DNA of 64,000 nt from Cercozoa sp. M6MM (Eukaryota; Protista; Endomyxa: Ascetosporea). The notes under the pieces were generated by a model. It saw only the letters and a list, made by a program, of their open reading frames with translations. It had not been told where the DNA came from and did no database searches. The stretch lies in NCBI GenBank assembly GCA_040357565.1, contig JBDODJ010000001.1; one strand, written 5' to 3'. A program made the position numbers and the translations under genes. Shown one piece after another: positions 25,633-38,645 of the stretch. Positions within the stretch are counted from its first letter, which is position 1; every line of letters starts with the position of its first letter.

Positions 25633-25901
25633 ACCCAACCACACGCAGCAAGGCTGACTAACAACGCTTTCATAAGCAGTTCTGACACCGATATTACCTC
25701 CACTCAACAGCCTCGTCCAAACTTCTAATTGTGCTCAACGTGGCTCGAGCACAGGATTACGTGTGTGCTAGTTTGTTTGTACCATCAGATGGTGTGCGAG
25801 GAACATGTTCTAATTTAGAGTCTAGCACGGTGAGTGATTTCGATTTACTTGCAGTAAGTTTACTTTTACAACTTGCCAGTTGCTAGTTCTTAGACTGCGA
25901 C

Positions 25902-27481
25902 TCAGCGTCCACAGAGCACAGGATCCCGATCCATGGGCACGATCCCGCCGTGGACTGCGGTAGTTCGAGTCGGCAACTTGAGCATTGTGGGACGTTGCTC
26001 GGCGCTCGCGACACCAAACAGCACGCCGGTAATGGCGTACATGTCGACTGAACTGCGCAGAGAGAGCAGTTCCTTCAAGTCAGCGGTGGCACAACTCTTG
26101 CCTGCTCTGGCTACACCGAGGTCGCTACAATACTAATTTTAATACATTCACAATAAACATCTACAAAACTGTATTGTACCGAAAACGGTGTATTGTAAAT
26201 TACTACCTAGCCCACTGAGCTGCCCATTCCATTCGAAGTGCCAGTGCTGCTAAATCGGAGATTTCAATTTGATCCGGAGTTAGCGCGACTTTGTTCGCAG
26301 ACTGCAACGCTTGAATGCTTGTGTCACGAAGCGATAGTGCCACTTGCGTCGCTGCCAAGACTGCAACAACAAATATTAAAGTCGGCCAATTAATAACATC
26401 GATTTCGCGGTGAAAATTGAAAGGCACCTTTCAAGAGTTCACCATGGGCTAGAACGAGAATCCGGTGGAGTGCAGTTTCGTTCAGACTCCGGAGGTAATC
26501 AAAGACACGCGGCACAATCCTGCAACAAATAATAAACCACATAAACAATAAACGAGAGCGTTAAAGTCTAAAACGCACTGTAAGACTGGATCAAGAGTCG
26601 TAAGTTTATCTGCATCAGTATGGAAATCGTACCCTTGACTGAACATATAAATTTTAGATCCGACTGTCTGTAAGTTTTACCTGTGTCGGTGCGACCTGGG
26701 GCATGGAGCTGGAGAACGAAGTTCTTCGGGTTCGTATCGATTGCTTGCGTCACAATACGAAGCAATAGATCGCGGTCCGTCGTCGTCACTCGATCGCGAA
26801 GTGATAGTGAAATCGTCTCTGCAGATTTCGTCGCTACCGATGCTCTGTTAAGACGCGGCACCACGAGGAAATCTATCTGCTTAAAAGCCGTCACGATCGC
26901 AGTGTCAGCGGTTTGCAAGTTGCAGGACGTTGTCTGTGCCAGCTTGTGTGCGAACGACTCGAGAGCAAACCCCTGCGTTCCTTTCGATATCATAATCCCC
27001 GAGACCAAAATAAACAACCAGGAGTGGGGGTCGACGAATAAGCGCTCTACCAAGGTTTGTAGTGCACTGATCTCAGCCGACACATGCACCGCATCAAATC
27101 GACCGAAAAATCCTTGAACAACAGAGTTGCAGTCCACTCCATCCCGTACCTGGCCATGTAGTGCCGTTGCTGCTCGAAACCACCGCTCTCCAAGTATCTT
27201 TGCTTGCGAACGGCCGAACACGGTTAAACTGGCATCAGAATGACCTCCGTGGTCCGCGTTCTGTGCGAACAGCAGGTTCAATGGCTTACTGTGACTGATA
27301 CTAGTTCCGGCGCTTTGGTGAAAATCCGCCGTCAGGACGGAGAAAAGCGGGTCGAGACTGGTACCTATATTGACAGAAAACTAACACCGAGCAACAGGTT
27401 TGGTTTAAAAAAAATACCTGAACTCGCCGCCACAGAGCCGAGGGCACTTGCTGCTGCCATCAGTAGAAAAAGAACACGCAT
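25902..27481 (-). CDS. Secreted histidine-phosphatase-fold-like protein with degenerate active site
   Basis: Signal peptide MRVLFLLMAAASALG. LNLLFAQNAD...DASLTVFGRSQAKILGERW and FDAVHVSAEISALQTL resemble branch-1 His-phosphatase motifs. Confidence 0.5.
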
Positions 27482-27716
27482 ACTTTCAGTAGAGCCTTGT
27501 AGCTCAAACCACGCGCGTTTCCGCGTGTGACGTCGTCGTTCGGACCACGAACAAGAACGCAATCCGAACTCGCACATTTAAATTCAGTCGACGGATTTAA
27601 AATCGTGGGGCTGCACCCTTGAGGACAAAGGAACTACCGTTTTGTTGTTCTCGCCACTGAAGCAAGAGGTTCTAATCGCATCACACACTCGGGACAGGAT
27701 TTCTAGACTTGAAATC

Positions 27717-29741
27717 ATGAAGGCGTTGGTGGTTTGGGCCAGCTAACGCCGGAGACGTGCCTCCAGCCGATGACAGAGCGCTAGCTAACGTCGGAGACGT
27801 GCCTCGAACCTGTCTCAAGGTAACTTACCCGAAAACTGACGGGATTTTTGCATTCCGCGCGGCTGGGATTTTGGACTCTGACCAGCAGGCTGCTGGGGCG
27901 CGCTGCTGGACTTTTGGAGACGAACAGAGCACTGAGCGAACAACTGGGATGCTTCTTGTGCTCTCTGTTGACCAGGAGCTTTCTCGTTCCCTCGAACATA
28001 CGCATTTTGGAGATTTGCAGCTTTTGGTGGATTCTGTTCGTGGTCGTGTGGCGTCCAACGATGACGGCGGCGCTACGCACGTTACCCTGCTTGGGGACAG
28101 TGACACGATTTCACGAATGTGCGCAAAAGTGGTTTGATATCTTCTGCGGTACTGTACGGCAAGTGCATATATTTACATCCCGTAGTCGGGTTGTTCAGTC
28201 GACTATATTCAAGTGGAAGCAGAAATCCATCGAGTTTGCAAACTGACGCAGTTGCTTGAAAACAGAGCGCGGTTCTACAAGCACGTCGTGCTTGTTCTGC
28301 ATAATCTATCCGTCGCCAAGGCCTTCGAACCTGCGCTTCAGTGCGTTGATTTTGCACACAAACACATTCACTTACATGCTCATCCCTCGATGTTGTTTAT
28401 GAAGGTCTGTCCGAGCGTGCGGGGTGGAACTTTTGGATGCCATCACGTTAAAACCAGTTGCTTTTCCGGCGTTCCGGCGGTACATTAGTACACCTGACTC
28501 TTAACCTGCGGTGTGTTTTTTATACTGACCCTTGGGTAGCATCATTGAGTTAAAAGATCTGGTCACTGAAAGAAGAAGTTTGCTCTTGAACGACGGCGTA
28601 ACTTACCCTCCGTTGTCTGCTCCAGCTGAAAGCAGCCTCTCGCCAGGACTCTTTCCACCGCAGCCGGGTTTGGCCTTTACGACAACGACTCGCGGGCAAG
28701 AGATGTCTTCGCCTGCTCGGTTGTCGTTGGAGTCAGCCCAGTTGCGTTTCGACTCGTCTGCAACTCAGCTGCAGTCGCAGTACACTTCGCCATTTGCCTT
28801 TCCTTACCCCGGCCAACAACAACAACAACAACAAGAACCATACTCTCACGAAAACTACAAATACCAGCAGCAGCCGTCATGTCATCAACAGCAACAACAA
28901 CACGATCACAGTTCGGTGCGAAATCGATTCTCTTTCTTCTCTGGCGAGACGCATGCACAGACAAAACAGGCACATCTTCCTCCAAGAATCCAGTACAAGA
29001 GCCTATGGGCTGTGCGCATCAAGGTTGCCGTGAGCGTGCCGAATTCGGTGCACTTTTCTGCTTCTGTCAGTTTGCAACTGTGAATCATTTGCACTTTGTA
29101 CAGCGTATTCGTGGTGCGATGTCCAGTTGTGGCCGCGTCGTGTACTTTCATGCGGCCGACGCTCACGCGGGCAACAAAGGCCAAAGAGAGATTCGTGTGA
29201 TTTTCACCTGCCGAGAGTTTGCGCAACGTGCCAAGGAACGCTTTGACTGCAAGATGTGGCTGTCTTCGTACGCGATGCCGAGTGTAAACCCACTTTTTTA
29301 CTTTTCAATCCCTGCACTTAGTAGTGACCCACTCATCAAACCTTGTAGCCGATGGTGGTCACGACTGAATTAGTACCCCACTATCGAATGCTTAACTCGC
29401 TTGAGCGCAAGTTCTGTACTTTTTTTGCGTGTTATTGATTCGTTTCGTCTGTAAATATTTGTTCTTGGTCGCAACAGACCCAAAGGAAGCGTGGCTCACA
29501 GTCATTCCGGCTGCTCCGGCCCTACAAAACAACATCACAATGCAAGTGCGGTCCGAATCGACATCGGCAACGACATCAAGGTCAGCATCCATCGAGTCTG
29601 AGACGACTGCTTCCTCCGCAGTTTCGCTTCCCCGCGGAACTCAGCCGGGGCAGGTTTCTTCGTTGCTCAGCGAAGCACAGGTAACATATTTCTACACTTT
29701 ACGTGCGTCCTATATGCTATACTTGTACCTGCCAGTGTATA

Positions 29742-29786
<45 letters not shown>

Positions 29787-30707
29787 TTCGCACGCTTCGG
29801 CGCGCTTCGAATCAACCAACACAACGAGAGTGTCTGCCGCGCGCCGTAAAAATTCTGCTTGATCCGAACCCAGCCCACTACATGGAGGTACGGTCTACAG
29901 TACAGTCTGTTCAGTTGGTGTTATTTGTTAATGCGTTCAAAGACGGAGGGTGCCGATGGATTGGACCAAGAGGCGCTTGAGTTGCTGTCCTCTGTCGACG
30001 CTATGTAAGCTACTATTTTCACTAACACATAGGTGCCTATTTTCTTGGTTGCTGATGACAGTGAACAACGCTCGCGCCGCTGGAACACCTTGGCCTGGCT
30101 GAATCTGCTTCTCAGTTCGTCCTACATTTTTGAGGACGGTATTCCCCACTGTTTCTTCTGTTTGATGACCGCAAATGCTTTGCTGTGCAGCAAACTCGAT
30201 CAAATTGCTGCACGTGTCGGGGTCCAAAACGCGAGTCATGATGAACACGCTGTGCGAAACTTTGTATTATGTGCACTTCCGATCTGCAGGAGAGGTACCC
30301 TTGTCTGTACTTTGCCTTATCTTATACGCTCATATTTATTTCAATGGTGACTACAGGAGCTTGAACCGACGAACTACCGGGCCAGTGAAGACGAGGTGTG
30401 CGATGTGCTACAGCAACTTGGCCGCGCTCGTAACTCGCCAAACTGCCACGCGAAGCACTTTGACACCTTCTCCAAGTTCGTTCAGAACTGGAGCATCAAG
30501 CCCGAAGACGTTGGTGCCTCCACACAAGCACTATTTTCCTTTCGCAAACATTTGGCTGGGTAATGTGCAGTGGAATACGCCAAGCTGATCCGTCTTGTTG
30601 ATTGCGAGACGAACGGCTCTCTAAAACTGTCTGCGGTGGCCGACGATGTGATGAAAATGTTCTCAATTGTTCTCGCTCCAGGTTTTACTGCTTCTCGCAC
30701 TGCATGA
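27717..30707 (+). CDS. Hypothetical multi-exon protein (Gln-rich region, possible RRM, Cys-containing C-terminal part)
   Basis: Chain of exon-like ORFs joined by GT-AG introns. The segment IRGAMSSCGRVVY...IRVIFTCREFAQRAKERFD is RRM-like. Confidence 0.5.
29744..29784. repeat. Intronic (TA)n microsatellite
   Basis: Seen directly. Confidence 0.95.
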
Positions 30708-30910
30708 GTTTGGGCTGGGGCTTATATGCAATATAACGTACTGAGCAGCGAATCTGGCCAACTCGTGCGCGTGCATTGATGCCTTCTTAATGAAGGAAAG
30801 TTCACGCTGAATCGAACACACCAACGCAAGTCACTTCGTTCGCGCACGCTGGTTTCGTTTGTTCTCGCCGCGCTGCCATGCCTTGCCTGCCAAGTTTAAC
30901 GACGCGAGCC

Positions 30911-31049
30911 CTGGGGAACGTCAAAAGGGGAGTTGTATGGTCCTACCCTAAGCCGGCGGTAAACACGGCCATGCTCTTGTGACCCACCCCAGACTGGTGC
31001 AGGGGAACTACAGAGTTGGTTTCCTAGAAGACTCAACTAACTAACTAAC
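30911..31049 (+). mobile_element. SINE-like/short retroposed element, copy 1, with (AACT)n tail and 14-bp target-site duplication
   Basis: Flanked by TAACGACGCGAGCC at 30897-30910 and 31046-31059. Ends AACTAACTAACTAAC. Homologous copies elsewhere in the window. Confidence 0.65.
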
Positions 31050-31159
31050 GACGCGAGCCGTGAGTGCGCACCTTGTCGTAGGTATGGACATCCGTACCGT
31101 CGCGTAGGTATTTCCACTGCAGTTCGGCAGTACGTTTGACACCGGATTACACGACGATG

Positions 31160-31304
31160 GTTAGTTAGTTAGTTCAGTCTCGTCTACTAAGAAACCAACT
31201 CGACTATGTAAATCACCTCAATCCCCTTGCGCTGTACGTGTACCAGTCCTGGGTGGGTCGGGTCACAAGCGCACGGCCGTAATCCACAGCGAACCGCTTA
31301 GGGT
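31160..31304 (-). mobile_element. Same short element family, copy 2 (inverted)
   Basis: Reverse complement shares ACCCTAAGC, ACGGCC.TGC.CTTGTGACCC, ACTGGT, GAGTTGGTTTC.TAG and the AACTAACTAACTAAC tail with copy 1. Confidence 0.65.
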
Positions 31305-31392
31305 TTTTACACTGCGCGGTTGGCGGGGTCGGGTCGGCTACGGTCGGGCGCGAAGACGGCGTGGCGATGCACCCGATTGCAACCGTCTAAAT

Positions 31393-31765
31393 TTATAAGT
31401 AATCCAAGTCGATGGTGTCGTCTGAGAAGTGGTCGGCCCACGGATCGTGCTGAGGACTGTTCCTGGTGGGCTGATGATCACTCGTGCTCGAGTTGGGCCC
31501 AAGTCGTTCAGGCTGCCGCGGTTGCTGTCGTTGCAGGTGTGGTTGCTGTCGGGGCTGTTGCGGCAGGCTTGGCCGAAAACGCCTCGGTGCCGTGTGAGCG
31601 AGCGGCGAGCCCGACCGGAGTCCATTGAGACTGCTGATACTAACAGTGGCACCTGCTTCACTCACTCTCCTGTTTCGTACATTGTTGCTGATGTTGCTGT
31701 TGCTGTTATTGTTACTGCCGTTGTTGTTGTTGTTGTTGTTGTTGTTGTTGNNNNNNNNNNTGCCG

Positions 31766-31806
<41 letters not shown>

Positions 31807-33631
31807 GCTGTCTTGCTCGCACAAAGTATCAATATCGAGATCGCTGTCGAATTCGAAAGTGTTGTCCAGGGCCGCTGGCCGTGGCATCTGTCGCAATGGA
31901 CGCGATCTCACCGGAGTGTCATCCTCGAGCGACGAGAACATTGCTGCACTGACTGACAATTAACATCATTATATGCAAAAAGGTTAGTGTACACTTCTGC
32001 GACGGTTGGGTTATCGTGTGAAGAGTCGATCGCGGCGTCGCACTTGCTGTGTCAAACTCCCAACATAAACACAACACAATCCAACAAAAAAAGAAATAGA
32101 TACGTCTCAGTCTGCTCGGTGTCACTTGCCTCGAAAAACCCGAGGTCCTCTGTAAGCACACAGAAACTACATTAATCAGAGTTGAGTCAGAACTCGACGA
32201 ATCAGGGCGTACCGAGTGACTGTCATTGATGTCGGCCGAGGTGTCAAAGTCGGACACATCCTCGTCGTCCAGGAGTTCAAGATCCTCGTCGTCGTCATCA
32301 TTCATTTCGTATTCGTCATCGTCTGTTCGGGTGTTCAAATGGATTAATCAAAATTACATGAGAGCAAGTGAAAGTGGCTACCATGCACTGCTTCTGCCTG
32401 CGTGGCACCGACAACAAAAGAGCGGTCAAAAGCATCAATGTCGTCCTCCTCCTCATCGTCGTCGTCGCCACTGACGGTGAGGTCCGTGTAGCTGTGCCGC
32501 ACGCGTATTCTGCGACCTCGCCTGTTGACTCTGCGCTGCGAACGCAATGGCGTGCGGTAACTCACACGGTCTTCCCTGTCCACGCATTGATATGAATATA
32601 AGTATGATATTCAGTCTAAGCAAAATGTGTATAACAAAACATATAAATACAGCATAAACATAGGTTTATATACATGTGTGTGTGTGTGTGTGCATGTGTG
32701 TGTGTGTGTGTGTGCGTGGGCGTGTGCGTGTGTTTAGATATACAGTGTATATATATATATATATGTATATAGTACAATGTATAAATATAGAATAATCTAT
32801 AATTACAAAATACAATATGCATAAAGGCGCAAAAGTAGACTACCGTGCCACCCGCTGCATACGCTGCAGCTGCTCCTCGCCGCGACGCAGCACTGTGTCC
32901 TCGCTCAAGGCGCCTGGCGCAGGTCGCGCACGCCGCTGTGGTCGTCCTCTCTGCGCACAGAGGGAAAGAAGTAAGGGGTGGGGTAAATACGGGGCAGAGG
33001 GGGACAGGAACAGAGAGTACCTGTCTGGTGCAGCTGGGACAGAACCACTCGTCCTCCTCGGGAATGCCAGGCAGTCGCAGACAGTCGACGTGGTAGCCGC
33101 GCTCGCAGCCGTCGCAAATTAGCAGCCGGTCTTCCTGCGAAACAGCTAAACATCTTCACCTCACTTTACCCCATCTACCCTCTTTACCCCCCCCCCCCCC
33201 CGAAACACAGGTTACATTGTCGCCGCGGTTGCACTCGTTGCATCGAATATTGTCGATCGCTGCGATCAAGGCCGCATGCTGCCGAAACAAGCAGGTCCAT
33301 TCGGACATTTTTACAACAGGACGGATTTTTTGTACCGCATCATCTTCGGGCTCGATGCGCTGCCGGCGGTTTTCGACGAGTGTGCGGTGGCCTGTACGCC
33401 GACTGGTCACCTCGACGAACCGACTCTTGCACAGCGGACAGCTGTTCTCGATGCGCGACCATTGCAGGATGCACTCGTAGTGAAAGTCCGTGTGCGTGCA
33501 GCCTGCGTTCCAGCGAAAACTCGGCTTCCAAAACACAGACAAGAAAGAGGATGTGCTGATGGAAAAGAAGCAACACCGTCCAAAGTGGCGCCCAATTTTA
33601 GCGAATTAAGACATACGACGCAATCGTGCAT
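31393..33631 (-). CDS. RING + PHD finger protein (PHRF1-like) with acidic and poly-Asn regions
   Basis: RING CVVC...CTHTDFHYECILQWSRIENSCPLC. PHD CNEC...LLICDGCERGYHVDC...WFCPSC. Confidence 0.85.
31720..31808. repeat. (GTT)n microsatellite encoding poly-Asn, containing a 10-N assembly gap
   Basis: Seen directly; Ns at 31751-31760. Confidence 0.95.
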
Positions 33632-33993
33632 CTTAAGACACAATAACCACCGCACGCACGTGCAGACGCACAATGACAACGTGTTTTGTGTTCCGGCTAC
33701 TGACGGCGATAAGAAAAACTTAAAAACTCAGAACACCTGCTTTTTCGGCAATGCGGCCCAAAGAGCTGCTAGACTGGCGATGAACTTCCTGATAGTTTCA
33801 CAGGGTTCTGGCGATTAGTTTGGTTAAAACGGCGGGGCATGACTGCCAACTGAGTGATCAGGCCATCGACAAGAGTGTCCGCGCGGATGGGCAAACAGGT
33901 TTGCTCGTTCCGTGCGCCTTGTTTGCTCCTTCATCTTACTTTTCCTCTTTTTACGTGTGCCAAGAGTGTGTATTTGCAACGAGTGAACTAGTC

Positions 33994-35350
33994 ATGCCCG
34001 TCATCCATAGCGCGGAGGATTTGTACGATAAAACGGCTCCGCTTGGATGCCCGGAGTTGCGTCGTGCAAAGCCGCAGCATCTTCGGTACACTTCTGTGTA
34101 TGTGTCGTTAGCAATGTTGCCATTCGACTCATTGAACGAGTGAGTTTTCATCGAATCTTTTACCTATTTAATTGTGCTTTCAGTTACATGATGTGGTTTC
34201 GTGTGACCGTCTGCAACGAGTACCTCAAAGGCAACTGTGACAAGGGTTACGACTGCTTTCACAGTCACTTTGTCACCGGCTCAAACCGTCGACGTCGCCA
34301 GCCTTATCTCATGACGAACGGCGAGTGGAGCTACTGGCCCAACCCTTGCCGCAACCTGTCCAAGCGCAATCAAAACAAGCGCTGCGAGTTCGGCGACCGC
34401 TGTCGCTTCGCGGTAAGTCGAGTTCAATTGCAATTTGACGCATTGTAGTTTCACTGCTTTAATTCTGAGATTTTTCGTTTTTTTGTATTTTGCATTAGCA
34501 CTCAGCGGAGGAAATTGTGTACCATCCCTTGCTGCTTAAGACGCAGTTGTGTCCCCACCCCATGATCGACGGTCGCTGTCGAGACTTTGGAACGCACTGC
34601 GGCAAAGCACACGGTTTCTTTTCGATTTCCACAAACGCATAATACACGAGCTGGATACAATAGAATGCAGGCTTGCAAGACCTGCGCACTCCGCCGCCCA
34701 AGCCGATTCCCAAGGCGTTTGCTGTTGTTCCTCGCGGTGCTGCTGCAAAGGAGGTGGCCTCAGGTACTGTGTATTGTTCACTTGTCATGCATTTACTACC
34801 AGGGGGATTGTCAAGTGTGTGCAAACTGAAGGCTCTCGTGGTGATTCTCGTCGTGGTCGCACGCGCACGCGCAGTTGGCGACGTGCGAATGTCGGATTGG
34901 AAAAGGAAGAGGAGCACCCTGGCGTTGTTGGCGAAACGGTGAAGGAGAAGGAAAGCGACTGGACCACGTCTCCTGTTGAGGATACACCGGAAGAGAAGGT
35001 TTCCTTTTGTTAGAACCAGTTTCATCTTATTTTTCACTTTTACCTGTTTAATCCTGTAGGTACTTTCGAGCAAGAAAGAGGTGAAACCTGACAAGACCGA
35101 AGAGTTGTCTATGTCTCTGCGTCGAAAACTTGACGTACAGTATTGATTGATGTCACTGTAAACTTACTGTACCGTATATCCATCATGCCTCACTTGTATG
35201 CTTCTCTGAGCTCTGTAGTTCATTATCGAAGATGACTCTTCGGAGGCGTGCAGCAACGGCACCAGTGACAGTGCCTGTAGTCCGCCGCGCTCGCCCAGTC
35301 TCAAACGCGAGCTTGAGCTGAAACCCGTCGCTGAAAATGCCAGTGCATGA
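33994..35350 (+). CDS. Unkempt/TZF-like tandem CCCH zinc-finger RNA-binding protein
   Basis: CNEYLKGNCDKGYDCFHSH...RRRRQP...Y...CEFGDRCRFAH...EIVYHPLLLKTQLC...CGKAH. Confidence 0.8.
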
Positions 35351-35564
35351 TTCTTATTTGGACCCTCGCATCGCACTCGCGGCTGTCACTCGTGAGTACT
35401 AGTCACGTCGTACTACAGTATGCGATCATGATTGTCTTTGGCAATGTAATGCTACTTATGCTAGTTGATGGAATTCACTTCTCGCTGCCTCGGTGCGAAT
35501 TCACTGTTTACACACTGTTAATGCCGCTTTCAGTTGCTCTCTCAGTATTACTTTAAGAAGATGT

Positions 35565-35719
35565 CCTGGTGGAACTTTTAAGGGAAATTAGATAGATGGC
35601 CCCACCCAAAGCCGGAAAGACTCTTGTGACCCAACTCAGAACAAGAAAGCTCGACTAATACGAATGATACGATTCTGCCATGGAGGTGGTTCAGTTTCTT
35701 CGCGTCGTAGACTGAACTA
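35565..35719 (+). mobile_element. Same short element family, copy 3 (diverged)
   Basis: CCTGGTGGAAC...AAGGG...ATGG.CC.ACCC.AAGCCGG...CTCTTGTGACCCA and terminal AGACTGAACTA are collinear with copies 1 and 2. Confidence 0.55.
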
Positions 35720-35850
35720 GTACTGAGTCCTAAATTTATGGACGGACGGATCGTAGGCGGCGCGGATGCATGTAAACTTATAGTCGAGTATAACAATATT
35801 CGATCCTGATATTCCGTTCAATTGAACGGCGTTGTTTACGTACGTTAACG

Positions 35851-38216
35851 TTAGCTGGTACTCATCCGCGTGTAGGCACGCCGTCGGCAGCGATCGATGA
35901 GCGAAAAAAAGCCGGCGACGTGTGCACAGAAGGTGAAATACGTCGTGCCCAATAACACGGCGAGCGAAATCAACTACGTCGTGCCCAAGCAGTCAAATTA
36001 TCTACATTCGATCAATCAGAGAAGTTTACCCATGGATTCGACGTGTCCACAAACTCCAACACAAGGTAGGCATTGATGCAGAGCACCAAGGCCGCCGACA
36101 GCTGCATCAGGCGCTTGCTGGTGCCTTCGAGCACCATGTCACCTATCCAAACATATCACACTCCTTAGCGACAAAAAATGATGATTAAAGCGAGCACACC
36201 GAGCACGCGTTTGTTGCAACAGAACGACAGAAGCGGAAGCAGTGCGAACGGCAGCTGCAGCGACTGCAGCACGTTGATCCACTCATCCACTTTGTCGAGT
36301 TGATTCTGAAACGCGAGTCTGCAGGGCACACCGAGTTGATACTGAAGAAAACGCAACAAGCAGAGAGCCATATACGCCACTGCGAGCGCAGGAACGAGAG
36401 CGACGCCGCGAGTGAGAATCACGCGTTTCCACGGCGGCAGTCGCAGTTGCAAAAAACCGTGCATCACATACTGACCGGCGAACGTGCCTGTCATCTGCGC
36501 ATTCGCAAAACAGTGCTCCGAATCCACAAAGTTTAGGACAGAGAGAAAAACAGCTTACGGTAGAAGCTTGACCGGCTGCCAGCAGACCCAAAGCCCAAAT
36601 CTGCTTGTGTGTTTGTTTGTTCAATACAGTTTACAACAGTAACAGCTGCGAACACGTACAATCTGCGCGGTCTGGCCGAATCGTTCCCTTAGTAAATCAC
36701 CAGCTGTGTGCAGACCAATCGTCGAATCTTCCTGCATAAAACCAAACCTCAGTCACAATACAGCAGGGCACAAACAGAAGTCTACATGTCCAGGCAGAGG
36801 ATCGTAGAAGAAGCCTTTCGCAAACACAGAAACAACCGCTGCGTTCACCAAGAAGGACAACTGAGAGTGAAAGAACACAAATCCGCAGTTCAAGAGTAAA
36901 TGTGAAGCGGGTTGTACAACAAGAGCGATGATGGACTCGAGTGAGAAATAAAACGTCGCCTCACGCAGCTTCGAACCGCGCGTTCGATCCACGCGACGCG
37001 ACTGAACCAGCGCCGAGTGCAAGAACAGATTGTGCGGCATTATCACGGCACCCACCATGCCTGCGCCCAGGGAGTAAAAGGGGGCAGGAGGTAAGGTGGG
37101 ACAGGGATAAAAGGGTAGAAGGGGTAGGGGATAAAGGGGTAGGGGGGACACAAATGAAAATAAATTCAACACGTAATGGATGCAAAAAATACCAACAGCT
37201 TGGACATAGGTGTTCTTTGGTAAAGTAGGAACCACTGTGCCCCTCAGCACGCCTGAATGGCAACACAATAGTTCGACAAAATCCAGTCCAGTACAACTCG
37301 AAGAAAGGCTACCCGCAATATCAGGCTTGCCGATGGCGAACTCCACAAAGAAGCAAATTGTAAGACACGAAATCAGCGCGAAAAACAGCGCTTCGAGCTT
37401 TCGGACGCCTTTTTGGTGCAAAAACATGAAGGTGAACGTGTCCAGCGCCGTAACTGTTCTCAAGTCAAGCCAAGTCAAGTCGAGTCAAAAAGCAAACTAC
37501 AAGTTTATTAGTATTTTTACCAATCACTCCAAGCCACAGCGGGAACTTGAACAAGATGTTGAGCGCGACTGCACTTCCGACGACCTCCTGAACGTCACTT
37601 CCGACCTGGAGATGATCATGAATCAACAGAATTCAGCTTTCAGTTGAAGCTGGCAAAATATACAATGGCCAGTTCCGTGGCGATCCAGAGGGCATTCTTG
37701 GTCCATTTGTCGTATTCGAAGCGGCATAACTCCGCCAAATGTCGACCACTGACGACTCCTGCCAAGAGTCATTTTAATTTAGCCTGTCTGAACAAAAACC
37801 AAAGGAAAACACACCCAATTTTGCCGATAACAGTTGAAACACGCCGCCGACGACTGTACTGTACAAGAGCACCCAAAGCAAGCGATAGCCTGCCACCGCA
37901 CCGAGTTGGAGGTCGCTCTCGAGATTGCCAGGATCCAAAAAAGCCAAGGACATCAAGAAACCCTGTTCAGCCACCAGAACTAAATATGAATACAGACTGA
38001 TAAAAGCAGCGAAAATACCGGTCCAGAAAACGCCCAGAACTTGCGCCAGTTGAACCTCCTTTCGTCGACTGTCTCGAAACCAACCTCTGTCTCAACAGTG
38101 GCTGTCTCCTCCTGTCCCGTGTCAAGAAAGAAATCGTCGTCTGGGTCCAGTCCCAGGGTTTCCTGTATTGAATGATATTTTGGATACCAAACACATTTCA
38201 AGGAGCCTTATACCAT
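35851..38216 (-). CDS. NRAMP: NRAMP/SLC11 divalent metal transporter
   Basis: [75 protein letters not shown]. Confidence 0.95.
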
Positions 38217-38645
38217 TGGCACATGACGCACATAAACGCGTTTGCCTTTTCTGTTGACTGGCTGCGCCTCCGTTGTGCCGGGCGACACCTCAAATTCCTC
38301 GAGTTCGCCTGTGGAAAACAAGAGTAGCTGCGACCCAGATGATTACCACCCACCCACAGATCAAGATGGCACCTTCATCGATTCTAAACATATGTGTTGC
38401 GCCAATTAAACATTACTAAATGCACAAACACTGTGCACACACGCAGTTGCACAGGTCAAAACAGCGAAAGAGCGCTGTGATGTCAAAAAGTGGCTACAAA
38501 GGATGCTGCGTGATTTTAGGGCCGTACGGGCATTGTGTCGCGTTCTTGTGTCGTCTATCGCGCAGTTTGTGTAGTTGCAAGTGTGTAGCGGCACAAAAGC
38601 AGAGGTAGGAGAGGAGTTTGCGAGACGAGCGTACCGAGTTGGCAG

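Noticed and set aside
28120-28190. Apparent in-frame TGA suggesting readthrough or an alternative genetic code
   Set aside because: A phase-0 GT-AG intron removes it and restores the frame; the conserved genes I checked splice cleanly under the standard code.
30945-31304. SRP RNA (long rod-shaped ~300-nt fold)
   Set aside because: No helix-8 SRP54 motif or Alu domain seen; better explained as two inverted copies of a dispersed repeat.
38415-38445. Iron-responsive element upstream of NRAMP
   Set aside because: CAGTGT is present on the minus strand but the flanks do not form the C-bulge plus 5-bp stem.
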